Shown here: piece after piece, positions 26,543 to 41,331 of the stretch | Numbering within the stretch: the stretch's first letter is position 1 | How the letters are laid out: every line of letters begins with the position of its first letter | Source of the DNA: Eledone cirrhosa | Taxonomy: Eukaryota | Assembly (NCBI GenBank): GCA_964016885.1 | Contig: CAXHJY010000838.1 | Location: forward strand, 1-64,000 | Direction: 5' to 3' | Length of the DNA: 64,000 nt | Position numbers and translations under genes: made by a program | Notes under the pieces: model-generated | Seen by the model: the letters and a program-made list of their open reading frames with translations, nothing else | The model's database searches: none | Told to the model about the DNA's origin: nothing

Positions 26543-26730
26543 GGGCAGTGGATTGGCAGTATCAGTAAAGCGTCAGACACCATGCTTTGCAGCATAGGGT
26601 TATGGCCATTTACGTTCTGAGTTCAAATCCTGCCGAGGTTAATTTTGCCTTTCATCCTTATGGGGTCAATAGAATAAAGTACCAGTAATGCACTGGGATA
26701 ATTGCTGGCCTTGTGCCAAAAGTAGAAACA
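26543..26730 (+). mobile_element. Full-length tRNA-derived Meta-core-like SINE with 18-bp target-site duplication
   Basis: TSD ATTATATATTATATACAA at 26525-26542 and 26731-26748; A and B boxes; GCCTTTCATCCTTATGGGGTCAATAGAATAAAGTACCAG core resembles the Meta domain. Confidence 0.9.
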
Positions 26731-27829
26731 ATTATATATTATATACAATGCTTCAAGCAAACTAAAACATTTTATTATTCTGTTTTGAATTTAGAAAACA
26801 TGAAAATAAAATGTTTCATTGATGGATAGTGAGAAATACTTGAGATAAATTGGGTATTTATTCAGAATAAAGATACATTTTACCTATAAATACTGGAGAT
26901 TTATTTAAAAGTTTATTTTCATCATCATTATTATCTAAACTTCATCCTAGTCTTCTATAATTCTCTCAACATTATTACATCTATTTTACTATATTGTATA
27001 TTCTTATCATTCATTATCTCCAGATATATAGCAACACTACATGATTTAGTTTCAATTACATCATTCTACAGTAGGTTTAGCATATCTCTATTAACTATGA
27101 ACTTATAGGATTTCTTCACCAAACTATCATTTCACATCTGTCTATTATCGCATCTTTATCCTCCACAGATATTCATACCATCTGCTCAGGTAATGATCTA
27201 TTATCATCATATAAACACCCTTGTTCATCTCATAACCAGCCACTGCACAAAGTGCATAGTATTATCCTCAACTGGAATTTAACATACAACATGCTGAAAC
27301 TATCACATATTCATACCATCACACATGCATACCACCACATATTCATACCATCACATATTCATACCAACACACATTCATACCATCATATATTCATACCATC
27401 TGCTCTGGTTATTATCTATTACCAACTGAAGACATCTCTTCAGTTCAACTACCATATAGCTCTTTATAAACCCATACACCTACCACCACATCCTCTGATC
27501 TAATAACAACATCCTCTATATGTTTGTAGCATCTTGCAAATAGCATTCAACATCTTACACTCTCAGACATTTTCTTAGTTTTACTGGATTCTCGCCAAAG
27601 TCTAACTAGTTTAATGACATCGTTCTAAGGGCTAGTTTATAGTTTAGTATACCTAGAAGTAGAAGAACTACCTGGGTATACAAAAGAACTGCCTTGGCAT
27701 AAAGCACATTGGTTTAATCCACATTATGCCAACAGTCACATAAATGATTTCAGTTTTTAAATTTATGTATAACCTACATCAGTGTGACTGATACTTAGAA
27801 GACTGTGGCGTATAACTAACACACTATCA

Positions 27830-27985
27830 AACTATACACACAAACATACACATGTATATACACACACACACACACACACGGACATACACATACACACACA
27901 CAAACATACATACACACATATATATACACATACATGCACACACACAAATATACTCATGCACACATATACACACACACAAACACAC

Positions 27986-28036
<51 letters not shown>

Positions 28037-28116
28037 ATATACATATATACACAAACATACATACACACACATATATACACATACATGCACACACACACAA
28101 ATATACACATACACAC

Positions 28117-28179
<63 letters not shown>

Positions 28180-28300
28180 CATACACACAGAAACACATAC
28201 ATATATACGCACACAGACATGAAATTGCAAGAACATTACATATGCACACAGACACACACACACACATAGAGAGAGAGAGAGACACATATCCACATGCACA
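27830..28300. repeat. Compound CA/TA microsatellite
   Basis: Direct observation. Confidence 0.9.
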
Positions 28301-28743
28301 AACATTAACAAACACAGACTTCACAACAGGCAGTGTGTACAAGATGGCTGATAACGCGATGTGCAGCCATAGCAGCATGGCTGACACACAGACATACATT
28401 TGCAATAAATGACTGACACACAGAAATGCATAAGCAGCTGCATGACTGACACACAGACATACATTTGTCAGAGTCTAACATGAATGATAAATACATAGAT
28501 ATATTTATATATTTACTTAGAGCAGCAGCAGTCACAGTAGTGGTGGTGGTGGTGGTATGGTCAAAGCAAAGCAACTGGTGCATCACATTCACAGTATATA
28601 ACCAGTTTATAGCTAACAGGCTAATGTTAATAGCATGAAAGACTGTAATGATTGTGAGATATATATGTATGTGTATATACACACATATATGTGTGTGTAT
28701 GTGTGTGCTAGTGTAAAAAAATAGATGTTAAACGATGATGATG

Positions 28744-28793
<50 letters not shown>

Positions 28794-28828
28794 GAGTGAG
28801 AGAGAGAGAGAGATTTATATTTATTTAT

Positions 28829-28999
28829 ATATTGACATCTACTGCACTCTACAAGGACAGATTATAAGATTTCTTTATATATATATATATATACACACAC
28901 ATATATACATACATAAAATGGTGATGATGATGATATATATATATATATAAAGAAATCTAATAATCTTCTGTCCTTGTAAAGTGTAGTAGATGTCAATAT
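28829..28999. repeat. ~60-bp inverted repeat enclosing microsatellite
   Basis: ATATTGACATCTACTGCACTCTACAAGGACAGA..AGATTTCTTTAT vs ATAAAGAAATCT..TCTGTCCTTGTAAAGTGTAGTAGATGTCAATAT. Confidence 0.8.
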
Positions 29000-29049
29000 A
29001 AGACATATCAACAAATACAGATAGTTACAATAGTGATGATTATAAATAG

Positions 29050-31160
29050 GATGTCAACAGTTTGTGTCAATAGGAGACATCAGAGAGAATAGCAACAATG
29101 GGAAGTGTCATTATGGTAGGATCATTATGGTAGGATCAAGGGTAAAAGAAACATCAATAAGTGTCAACAATATGACAATAACTGTGAACCCCAGGGTAGG
29201 CTCAACCATAATAAGTCGTAATCAACATCAGAATAAGATCAACTGCAATAGTTGTCAACATATGTATAGTGACAACAGTGTGTCAACTTCAGTGTAGGGT
29301 CAACAGCAGGTGTTAAAATCAGTGTAGGATCAACAAGTGTGTTAACATCAGGGTAAGATCAACAACAGGTGTCAATATTGAGGTAGGATCAACAACAGTG
29401 TGTCAACATCAAGGTAGGATGAACAACAGTGTGTCAACATCAAGGTAGGATGAACAACAGTGTGTCAACATCAAGGTAGGATCAACAACAGTGTGTCAAC
29501 ATCAAGGTAGGATCAACAACAGTGTGTCAACATCAAGGTAGGATCAACAACAGTGTGTCAACATGAAGGTAGGATCAACAACAGTGTGTCAACATCAGGG
29601 TAGGATCAACAACAGTGTGTCAACATCAAGCTAGGATGAACAACAGTGTGTCAACATTAGGGTAGGATGAACAAGTGTGTCAACATCAAGGTCGGATGAA
29701 CAACAGTCTGTCAACATCAAGGTAGGATCAACAACAGTCTGTCAACATTAGGGTAGGATGAACAACAGTGTGTCAACATCAAGGTAGGATGAACAACAGT
29801 GTGTCAACATCAGGGTAGGATGAACAACAGTGTGTCAACATCAAGGTAGGATCAACAACAGTGTGTCAACATCAAGGTAGGATCAACAACAGTGTGTCAA
29901 CATCAGGGTAGGATCAACAACAGTGTGTCAACATCAAGGTAGGATCAACGACAGTGTGTCAACATCAAGGTAGGATCAACAACAGTGTGTCAACATCAAG
30001 GTAGGATCAACAACAGTGTGTCAACATCAAGGTAGGATCAACAACAGTGTGTCAACATCAAGGTAGGATCAACAACAGTGTGTCAACATCAAGGTAGGAT
30101 CAACAACAGTGTGTCAACATTAGGGTAGGATGAACAACAGTGTGTCAACATTAGGGTAGGATGAACAACAGTGTGTCAACATCAAGGTAGGATCAACAAC
30201 AGTGTGTCAACATCAAGGTAGGATCAACAACAGTGTGTCAACATCAGGGTAGGATGAATAACAGTGTGTCAACATCAAGGTAGGATGAACAACAGTGTGT
30301 CAACATCAAGGTAGGATCAACAACAGTGTGTCAACATCAAGGTAGGATCAACAACAGTGTGTCAACATCAAGGTAGGATCAACAACAGTGTGTCAACATC
30401 AAGGTAGGATGAACAACAGTGTGTCAACATCAAGGTAGGATGAACAACAGTGTGTCAACATTAGGGTAGGATGAACAACAGTGTGTCAACATTAGGGTAG
30501 GATGAACAACAGTGTGTCAACATTAGGGTAGGATGAACAACAGTGTGTCAACATTAGGGTAGGATGAACAACAGTGTGTCAACATTAGGGTAGGATGAAC
30601 AACAGTGTGTCAACATCAAGGTAGGATGAACAACAGTGTGTCAACATCAAGGTAGGATAAACAACAGTGTGTCAACATCAAGGTAGGATGAACAACAGTG
30701 TGTCAACATCAGGGTAGGATCAGCAACAGTGTGTCAACATCAGGGTAGGATCAACAACAGTGTGTCAACATCAGGGTAGGATCAACAACAGTGTGTCAAC
30801 ATCAGGGTAGGATCAACAACAGTGTGTCAACATTAGGGTAGGATGAACAACAGTGTGTCAACATCAAGGTAGGATGAACAACAGTGTGTCAACATCAGGG
30901 TAGGATGAACAACAAGGTAAGATCAACAATAGTGTCTCAACATCAGTGTAGGATCAACAACTGCAAGTCTCAACATCAGAGTAAGATCAATGACAATAAA
31001 TATGAACATTGGGGCAGGATCAACAGAACAGATGTAAACATTAGAATGAGAATAGCAGATGATGCAGATGTCAATGTTAGATTGTCAGCAGAAGGATAAC
31101 AGAACTGTTTACAATCGGTAACTGTAGGAATAAGTCAACATGAGGGATCAACAGCACTGT
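29050..31160. repeat. 31-bp tandem satellite; homogeneous core ~29397-30912 (~49 units) with degenerate flanks
   Basis: Unit AGTGTGTCAACATYARGGTAGGATSAACAAC. Confidence 0.95.
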
Positions 31161-31618
31161 GTTCATAAAACCTAACAAAAAACAAGCTACCAAACAGTTT
31201 GTTAAGACATATATGCCAACAAAAAAGGACAAAATAATTTGAATGGTGACACATCATATCAGCTTTTTATCAACTGATGCTGTCAACATTTATGCAGGGC
31301 AATAAGTCGACAAAATGAAAGAAAGGAATTTGTGATGTACTAACATCATAGAATTAGCTGAAGTCTGAACAATTTATAGTTCATTTTGTCACTTATTTAT
31401 ATAAGTCATTCTATACAACAATGCTGTGTGTATCCAGTTTAAAATAATTACACCATAACATTATATCACAGCATATCGTAAGAATTGACTAAATGTGTTG
31501 GCATTAGAAAGGACATTCAACCAATAAAACACTATCTCAAGAATAACTTTACAATGAGTATGAAGCTTGTCGTGGAACCATGAAGCTGTTACCTGCTTAG
31601 TAAGGAAAATAGCCTTAA

Positions 31619-31825
31619 CCCTTTAGCATTTACATTACTCTATATATACTAATATATTTTCACGGTAAAGGCTTTATCTTACATAATTATCTCGCATAAT
31701 ATCGCATCTATGGGATTCTGATATTATTTATTTTGACATCAATATGAGCTGCTGGTCATAGCCGGTTTGAATATAAAGAGGAGAGAGAATTCAGGCCAGA
31801 TACAGCCAGTTTAAACGCTAAAGGG
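31619..31825 (-). mobile_element. piggyBac-type MITE
   Basis: TTAACCCTTTAGCATTTA...TAAACGCTAAAGGG. Confidence 0.85.
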
Positions 31826-32254
31826 ATAAAATGCTTGTATTCCATACTACAATGAGTTTTTTTCCTTTCTTGCATTTGCTAATGTATTGATGTTTAAAAT
31901 ATTCGAACTACAATAATTCAGCCATAAAGTACGAATGGTACATTGTCTTAGGTTTTGTAATTGCCCTTATTGTTGATACCAGTTTACCAAGTACACAACA
32001 TGCTCATTCTTGTTTGACAAGGCAATACAAAAATTATAAACAATAAAAAAAAAAGGGACAATACATGTAGAATTGTTTGAAGATGTTACTAGTACAATGA
32101 CAATTTAGATAATGTCCCAGAGGACACTGGTAAATCATCTTAGACAATCTTAGCAAAGAAACCACAGGTGACCGAGATAAACAAAACTCAAAGGATACTG
32201 ATAAAACAAACTTGGATAGCATCATTAAAGCAACTTAATGTAGACTAATGAGCC

Positions 32255-32267
32255 TCATAGGATATAC

Positions 32268-32307
<40 letters not shown>

Positions 32308-32386
32308 ATATATATATGCAAATATGTATATATGCAAATATGTATATATACATATGTATGTATGTATATATATATAAATATATATA

Positions 32387-32473
<87 letters not shown>

Positions 32474-33211
32474 ATGCATATATAAGCGGCAGCTTGAAGT
32501 ATGCCATTAAGCCAGCCCCAGAGGACATTCATACAAAAAAAACAAGAACAACAAAAAAACACAACAAGCAGCAGCAGCCATGATGAGATATTGACAAATA
32601 ATAGAAAAGAACTCTTCAAATAGTGGTAAACATTAGTACTAAATCAGAATACAGAAGAAAGATGTTATCTATACAAAATGAGCAAAAAGAAAACATGTTT
32701 TAAAAGTCACTAACACCAGATGTTTTCATGTTGTCAGAGATGTCCGTTAATTAGGTAACAAATACTTAATGATTGATTCAAAAAGAATCTAGAAAAAAAA
32801 CATTTTTCAAAATATCTACATTATGAAAACCACATAATTATGAATTGTGCAAGAGTTATATATATAAGCTAGCGTGGAAGAACGGACGGTAAACGGTGGT
32901 GATGATGATATATATATATATAAATGTATACATATATATTCATATATACACATATATATATAAACACATACACACACACATATATATATATATATGCATA
33001 TACACACATATATATATATGTATATACACACACACATATATATATGTATATACACACACACATATATATATGTATATACACACACACATATATATATGTA
33101 TATACACACACACATATATATATATGCATATACACACACATATATATAAATGCATATACACACACACACACACATATGTATATGCATATACACACATATG
33201 TATATGCATAT

Positions 33212-33259
<48 letters not shown>

Positions 33260-33650
33260 GTATGCATATACAGACATATACATATATATATATATATATA
33301 TATACCTATATATATGGATATACACATATATAAATTCATATGCATATATATACACATACACATATATAAATTCATATACATATACACATATACATTCATA
33401 TACATATATACACATATACATTCATATACATATATACATTCATATACATTCATATACACATATACATTCATATACACATATACATTCATATACATATATA
33501 CACATATACATTCATATACACATATACATTCATATACATATACATTCATATACATATACATTCATATACATATACATTCATATACATTCATATACACACA
33601 TATACATTCATATACATATATACACATATACATTCATATACACATATACA

Positions 33651-33736
<86 letters not shown>

Positions 33737-33941
33737 TGTATATATATATATTCATATATAGATATGTATTAACATATATATATATATATTTCATCTCAGT
33801 TGTGATATACTGAATGATGAATGCAAAATATGTAAACAAAATGAAATTTGTCTCTCTCTCATTTACACACAACCAAACACACAGACACCCCCAAATACAC
33901 ACCCAAACACAAAGACACACACATCCTAACAGAAACCCCTT

Positions 33942-33981
<40 letters not shown>

Positions 33982-34185
33982 ACATCCATACACACACAGA
34001 CAGAAGCACACCCCCCCCCCCCACAAACACACATACACACAACATCCACAAACACACATCCAAACACACAAACACACACACAGAGAAGCACCCACACAGA
34101 AACCCCGCACAAATACACACACAACATCCACAGACACACATCCACACAGACACACACACCAACACACAGAAGCACCCACACAGAA
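32255..34185. repeat. Compound TA/CA/TACATT microsatellite blocks, with an RTE tail at 32867-32908
   Basis: Direct observation. Confidence 0.85.
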
Positions 34186-34858
34186 AGACCGAGAAAAAGA
34201 AGTCAACATATAATATAACAACTACACATTAGTAACACAGAAGTGGAAAGAAAGATGTAAAAAAAAACTTGAAGTCTTTCCTTCACCAACACTTCCTGAC
34301 TCTGTGATCAACAAATAAATTAAGTGGAAATTTTTCTGGTCTACAATAATACATCCGTTCTGTTTTGGGATTGAAAGCCTAGTTGGCACAGGTTGCGAAA
34401 ATGTTGGTGAGAGGAGGGTATAGAGAAATAAGGAAAGTGGAGGAACATTAATAGATAAGCAAAGAGCATAAGGACCAGGAAGTCATCAACGTCAAGCAGC
34501 TACTTAAATATGGTCAGAGGTAATAGAGAGAGGACCAGGCATAGAGTCACCTTTTGAAATGCTAATAAGAAGCAATGCCACAAAGAGGGTGGCAAGGGGA
34601 TGAATAATGTGAAATTTGATTTGGTTTATTTATATTTAAAAACAAAATAATAAACTAGATGTTATTTGTTTTATATGCATGTATGTATATATACATATAT
34701 GCATGTATATATGTACATATATTCATAAATATATACATCACCATTTTACATCCTTTATCCCCATACTTGCATGGTATATATATATATATATATATGTATG
34801 TATACACACATTTCAACAGCATTCTAATAAATAAATGTATACATTTTTAGAGGGCACC

Positions 34859-34904
<46 letters not shown>

Positions 34905-37261
34905 GACCCAAACCATGTGTGAAATATAGGCTTCATTTCAAACTGTGCATTAAATATGTTTGTAATTAATACTAAATACATATGATTTATGTATCGGGAC
35001 TGAGAATGTGCTTACTTACATGCAACTAAACAGAATAAAAGAACTAAAGCTTCTCAAAATCTAGGGCCCAACTAGCCTATCTGCACCACCAACTCTCTGT
35101 ACTAACCCGTAAATAAGGCTTAGGTTTCAGTAAGCTCTTAACCAAATAAATTTCTTCTGACAAAATACATTAAAAAAAACTGATAACCCACACTTGCAAA
35201 GTTTCTTTCCTGCAACAGCCCAAAAGCATGGAAGAAAACAAATTCAGTACACTATGTAAAATGCCATGAAAAGCACACCAACTTACACCTTGTAAGGTGG
35301 TTGGTTTTAGGGAAGGCATCCAACCATAGAAACAAAAGCTGAATATGGAATGTATCAGCAAGATGAAGTCACTCCAACATTTCTGGACTGTGACAGCCTA
35401 GCCAACACACTTCAGTGTGGAAAGAAGACATAAAATGATGTGACAAAACCTAATTATATACAACTAAACTAATAAGTGAAATATTTGTAGGACAACTGAA
35501 ATATGTCTTCTTCCAGATTCTGATGTTAGTACATACAAAATTGATCTAGTTCTTTCTCCCTGGTAATCATTCAGCCCTTATTTTGGTGAAGCAATACCCA
35601 AGGTTACAACACATCAAGATACGAGACTATTTGTAATGGTCATTACTAGATAAACCATAAAATAACATAGCTGCTAAGAAATAGCAAACTTATATGAATG
35701 ACCTGATTGCTATCAATCTGATTTATAGAGAGATATTTCTGAATATTCTCAATTTCAGCAACAAAGATCTGTATAACACTTATACATGAAACAACTCATT
35801 CTTACAGAAGTTCTGTCAGTCTTTCAAAGCAATGCATTTGTTTGTTGTTGTTTGTTAGTTTGTTGTTTTTTGTTGTTTATTTTTTTAACCATAGCAACTA
35901 AATCATAAAACATTAATTACCCAATAACAGAAAAAAAGATGCAGTAGACATTGATTCTCTTTTATCCAATTCCCTAATTTTTTTTCTCTCCAAAAACGTT
36001 ACTAAAATAATTTGGCTGGATTTTCTCCACAACGATTTCTTTGTCTTAAAGGTAACAAATTAATAGTCTCCCGTTCTTTTAAAAAAGGAAAAAGTTAAAT
36101 TACTATACTTTTGATCTCTGTCTTCAGCTGATAAAGTACTTTTTTTTTATATAGGTTTTACCCTGTACAACAAATTAATTTGCAATGAAACCATAAACTA
36201 TACTCCAATAAAATTTAAAAAAAAGCTCTTCTACAAACCAGAGCTAACAAAAGAGTTAACAAAAATTCTTTAGTTTCTATTTTTTTTTGTTGTTATTTTT
36301 TGTCTCTAAAGAAAACATTTGTATCTAAAAGTAATTAAGAAACTAAAGAATTTCATTAGAATGAGCCATTTTCTCTGGCTTCTCACCATGACAAAATGTT
36401 CTAATTTTGATGTCTCCCATTAATTTTAACCATTTTATAAAAGAAAAACAAATAAAATAAAATAAGAGAAAAGAAAAGCATAAAAATATTTAAAGAATAT
36501 ATTGATATGTTTCTTAGTTGAGGTGACAGGTTCAGTACCATTTACCAGTACAAGAACTTTACATTAGATTGGCAAGATGTTGAAATATTACATGAAGGTC
36601 AAGATCAATAAAAGAAACTGTTAAATAAATTCCGTATTTCAAATTGGTGTTGGCAGAGTGCTAGAAGCACAATGGGAGTGCTACCTATATTCTAAAATAA
36701 TTTAATATGGACCAAAAATAAAATAAAAGGCCCATGATAGGCTTTGAACTCATAACCTATAAGATGAGAATCAATCATAAAAATCAATTCAAAGCTATCA
36801 GGCTTCTGTCAGTAAGTTCCCCCTATTGATTGCTAGGGATAATAGCACACTTAAATAGAAACACTTTAAAAATGGTCTATTTCCTATTTATTATAGACAG
36901 TTGTGTCCAGTAGTGAAGCTGGTGTCTTACAAATACCTCAGTTATTGCATTTATTGATATAGCTTTGAGGAAGATGTCAATTTCCACTGCCAGAATCTCA
37001 TTTCCCTGCTTATACACTCCATAGCTATGTCTCAATAGGTGTGTTTAATTCCAAAGAGGTTGATGTCACACTGCAGATATTTTTACTGAGAAGTACCACC
37101 CACTAACACCAGTTGAAGATACAAAATATTGCCTTTAATTTGCACTGTACAGTCTTACAAAAAAAGGACATATTAGATAATATGTATTTATATAATATAA
37201 TATATATATTATCTAATATATATATATATTGTTATGCTTTGGGAGGGTGTATATATGTGTA

Positions 37262-37305
<44 letters not shown>

Positions 37306-37307
37306 TA

Positions 37308-37515
37308 TATAAAACAAAGAAAGTGTGGTAAGAAACCAGGTGGACTATAAATAACGCATCCACCAGAGTACACGATACTTAGGGTAGTAGAGTGGGTAAT
37401 AGGAAAAGAGTCAGGACCCCGACGGCTGAGCTCCAGCCGTTTCAGCAGCTAGGCGTTCGGATCTAGCTATCGAAACAGCCAGAGCTCAGCCGTCGGGGTC
37501 CTGACTATTTTCCTA
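37308..37515. mobile_element. Family C inverted pair: two half-hammerheads pointing outward, plus tail
   Basis: 37400-37452 inverted against 37463-37514; GAAAC..GAGCTCAGCCGTCGGGGTCC on both strands. Confidence 0.75.
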
Positions 37516-38307
37516 TATATATATATACACACACACTATCTGAATACAACATATTGGATGGTTACAGCTCAGGGTTAACCAACAACAACTGTTTTCCTTT
37601 ATATTGTGGTACATACAAGACAATAATAATAATGTGTCCAAAAGTACAATAAAGGTCTTATGTCAAAAATTGAATTGGTCTACCAACTTAATGGCATAGA
37701 GCCACTTCTGGTTTATAAGATAAAAATAAAATTATAACTTAATGCTGTAAATAAGTTAGAAAGAATATGCTACATATTTGAAAAAAATGAATAAAAGGCA
37801 CTGAAAATGAAAAACAAATAAGAGAATTCATAAGATAATTGGCTAAAAAATGGAGATGTAAACAAACAGTTAAAGAAGTTGAAGAATAACTGGAAGGCAG
37901 AATCAGAGAAGAAAGAGTGGAAGAAACTAAGATGAAAGAGAGAAAATTACATAAACAAAGGAAAAAGGAATTGTTTTAGTGTAAAGACAACTTCAAAACA
38001 GTTAGAGCTTCTAAGTTCATATTAATGGGAAAACAACTTCAAATGATTTAAAAATAAGTTTCGGCTAAATTTCTTTTTTTATTAAAGTTATTAAGTTTAA
38101 GCAAGATGACTACAATGAGAAAAATACTGCAAGACTTGCCAAGGCCATCTGCTTAGGAGGCAGGCAGGTAATGCCAATATCTAAATTAGAGAGCTTTGGA
38201 TAATACAGAGAAATGAAGATTAAACAGAAGTTTGCTACATATTGAACAAAATCATTGAGATATTTGATATCCCTGTCTTTATATTCACACACACATAAAC
38301 ACATTAA

Positions 38308-38530
38308 CCCTTTAGCATATAAACTGGCCATATCCAGCAAGAATTCTCTCACCTCTTTCTGAAGAATTCAAACCAGCTGTAACCAGCCACTCATTCATGT
38401 TAATGAATTGTTCTCAATATAAATAATATCAACATCTCATAGATTCAATATTATGTGAGATAATTATATGAGGTAAACCCTTTACTATAAAATATAATTG
38501 TAAATATAGAGTAATGTAAATGCTAAAGGG
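38308..38530 (+). mobile_element. piggyBac-type MITE
   Basis: TTAA flanks and both TIRs. Confidence 0.9.
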
Positions 38531-38744
38531 TTAAAAAGCCGAACTGTCATTAAAGGCACTGTTGAATGATTTAAAAGAAATCGTTTAACAGAAAATATCT
38601 AAAAATGGATGTCTTAATTTAAATCTTTATATCTATTTTATAGTATATATTTTTCAAGAATGTTTTGCTAATGCAGTTTCTTGCAGCACAGGATGTGGAG
38701 AGTTAAGGAGGAGCACAGGATGTGGAGAGTTAAGGAGGAATTAA

Positions 38745-39455
38745 CATGTTATTGCCAGAAATTTAACACTGAAAAAAGCAAGCAACAGGAAGGTACTGGG
38801 ACTTGACAAAATCCCAAACTTCTTGTTGAAATATTATTTAACAGGGGCTGCCCAGTTTTAGCGAAAAAGGAATATATCTACAGACATGATAAAGTTGGAA
38901 TTTATATACACTGGAAGTTATGTCTACACTACAAAATACCAACAGAAAAAAGTGGTGCAGAGACACACCAAAAAAGGTGTCAGAGAATGACAAAGCAACT
39001 ATACTTTTGGATACTCCAATACACACAGACAGGGAGATCAAAGCCAACCAACCAGATATTATAGTCAAGGACCACAAAGAATAATATTGTCTTCTAATTA
39101 ATGTATCTATACTCACAGATGACAATATATCTATCAAGGAAATGGAGAAATTATCCAAATATAAAGATCTGGAGATAGAAATAACCTGAATATGGAGGAG
39201 AAAAAAAGAAACAAAGGTGCTCTGGGAATAATAAAAAAACACACAGTTACATATATAACCAAAACTCCAGAACTTACAAATATATACAGCAACTAGAAAC
39301 TATCACTACTAGTCACTGTACACATATTACAGATAGTACTATCAATACAATAGAAACAACAACATTGAAAACAACACTGTGCATACCCAAAGTGCACAGA
39401 GCCATGCTCAGTAATGCAGTGATGACATGCAATAGAATAAAACTAGTGTTAATAA
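38745..39455 (+). mobile_element. Decayed R4/Dong-clade non-LTR retrotransposon (restriction-like endonuclease end), internally deleted
   Basis: Translates GCPVLAKKEYIYRHDKVGIYIHWKLC...ENDKATILLD..IHTDREIKANQPDIIVKD...KEMEKLSKYKDLEIEI with stops; upstream KKASNRKVLGLDKIPNFLLK; (AAT)n end. Confidence 0.75.
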
Positions 39456-39925
39456 TAATTGTTTCTACTTTAGGTACAAAGCCAGCAATTTTAGGGGAGG
39501 GAAATTGACCCCAGTGCATTACTGGTACTTTATTTTATTGACCCTGTAAGGATGAAAGGCAAAGTTAACCGTAGTTGGATTTGAAGTCAGAACGTAAAGG
39601 GCCGTAACTCCATGTCGCAAACATGTTTGACGCTAGTAATAATAATAATAATAATTTGTAATTTAGGCACAAGGCCAGAACGTAAAGGGATGTAATTCTA
39701 GGCCCCCAAAGATGTTTGACGCTAACAATAATGATGATGATGATTTCTAATTTAAGCACAAGGCCAGCAAGGAAAAGAAAGTTTATTAAACTGATTCCAG
39801 TAAATGACTGGTATTTTTTATTTTACCAATTCCAAAAGAATAAAAGGTAAAGATGACTTTGGTAGGATTTGAACTCAAAATGTAAGGAACTAGAACAAAT
39901 ACTACACCACATTTGTCTGATGCTG
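39455..39925 (-). mobile_element. Cluster of Meta-core-like SINE copies and fragments
   Basis: Tail, core and B-box reverse complements, repeated. Confidence 0.75.
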
Positions 39926-41331
39926 TGTAACAAATAACCAAACTGAGCCTAAAGCATTCCGGCTGTAATTTCATTGGACAAGTCATGCTACTGATGTTCT
40001 ACTAATAGCTGGCTTGTAAGAAGTGATATGAAAATATATTTAAGAACTGACATAAAGGGAGGAAAAAAACCAAACTCCAAACTTTTAAGTATAACAGCAA
40101 AGACCTGTATGAATAAGAAAATGTCCTATAATATCTCCTTCATTCTCGCCCTCTCTTTTGCTCTCATTTGGAATGCAAAAACTATTTGTCTGTCACATAT
40201 TGAAGTAGGATGATTAGGTTTATTAAAGTGACCAATATGGGTCATAGTGAGAATTAAAAAAAAAAAAAAAGAGTTCCACTCTTAAACAGTAGTTTGTTCT
40301 CTTTGTTAGTCTATCTTGCTACAAAATAAATAGATTGAGGTCCCTATAAATAGACTGGAATCCCTATAAATAGATTTAAAACGGCCTTTTTAGATATTAT
40401 TTAATAACACATTTTATGCGTGAATAAGAGTGAATTATAGAGAGAGAGTGAGGGATGGCGAGATAAGAGAAAGAAAGTGAGCAAAAGAGGGTGAGGAATG
40501 GAGAGATAAGAGAAAGAAAGTGAACAGAAGAAAAAGGAATCCATTCTGTGCTGGCTGAAGTATATTGATTAGTATTTTTCTTTCTGCAAGGTGTAAGGAT
40601 ATTTGTTGGGGAGGTGGATAGACAATTGAATCAACTCAATGTATTTTTGTACATATTTTATTGTATCAGAGTGGCTTCCAAGGTTTGAAAGAAGTCCTAC
40701 TAATAGATGGATTCTGGTTGGAATACAAAAGCATTCTAAACAGTATATGTATAAAACTATAAAATATAAAAAAGACTGTCAATATGACTGATTGGTAAAC
40801 ATTCATAGCCAACATTAAATTACTGGCTCACTAATCTACTGTATCCTCTCCTTGTGTTGTCTGTTGCTACTACAATGTTTTCTGGCCCAATGAACTAACA
40901 AACTGTTTACAGCTTCTCTCAAAGTCACACAATACACTCACATGCCAAATACTCTCTAGAAGCCATACAGTTATCTCTAACTCCACTCTCCTGTACTAGC
41001 ACTTTCCTAAAGCTCATGCAATACACCTGTCTGTCACCATCAACCTTGCAGATCCCTGTACAAAACACTTTTCCCAAACTCCCATTTTATACCTGTAGCA
41101 TCATAGATCTCTCTTCTTGCCCACATTTTTCCTCCATACATCAATATCAGCTTTACCAAAGATAAGTAATATATATATATATTGTTATACTTGGGGAGGG
41201 TCATATTGTTGTAATAATATTGCAAGAAATAATAACAGAACACACTCACTGTTTGGTTGGTTTTCGCTTCTGTATCTTATATATCTCCACAGTTAATTCA
41301 TTTGGTCCTCAATGTTTATCATTGACTGACC

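Noticed and set aside
29397-30912. CRISPR-like appearance of the 31-, 32- and 44-bp arrays
   Set aside because: Head-to-tail units with no unique spacers, no cas genes, eukaryotic context
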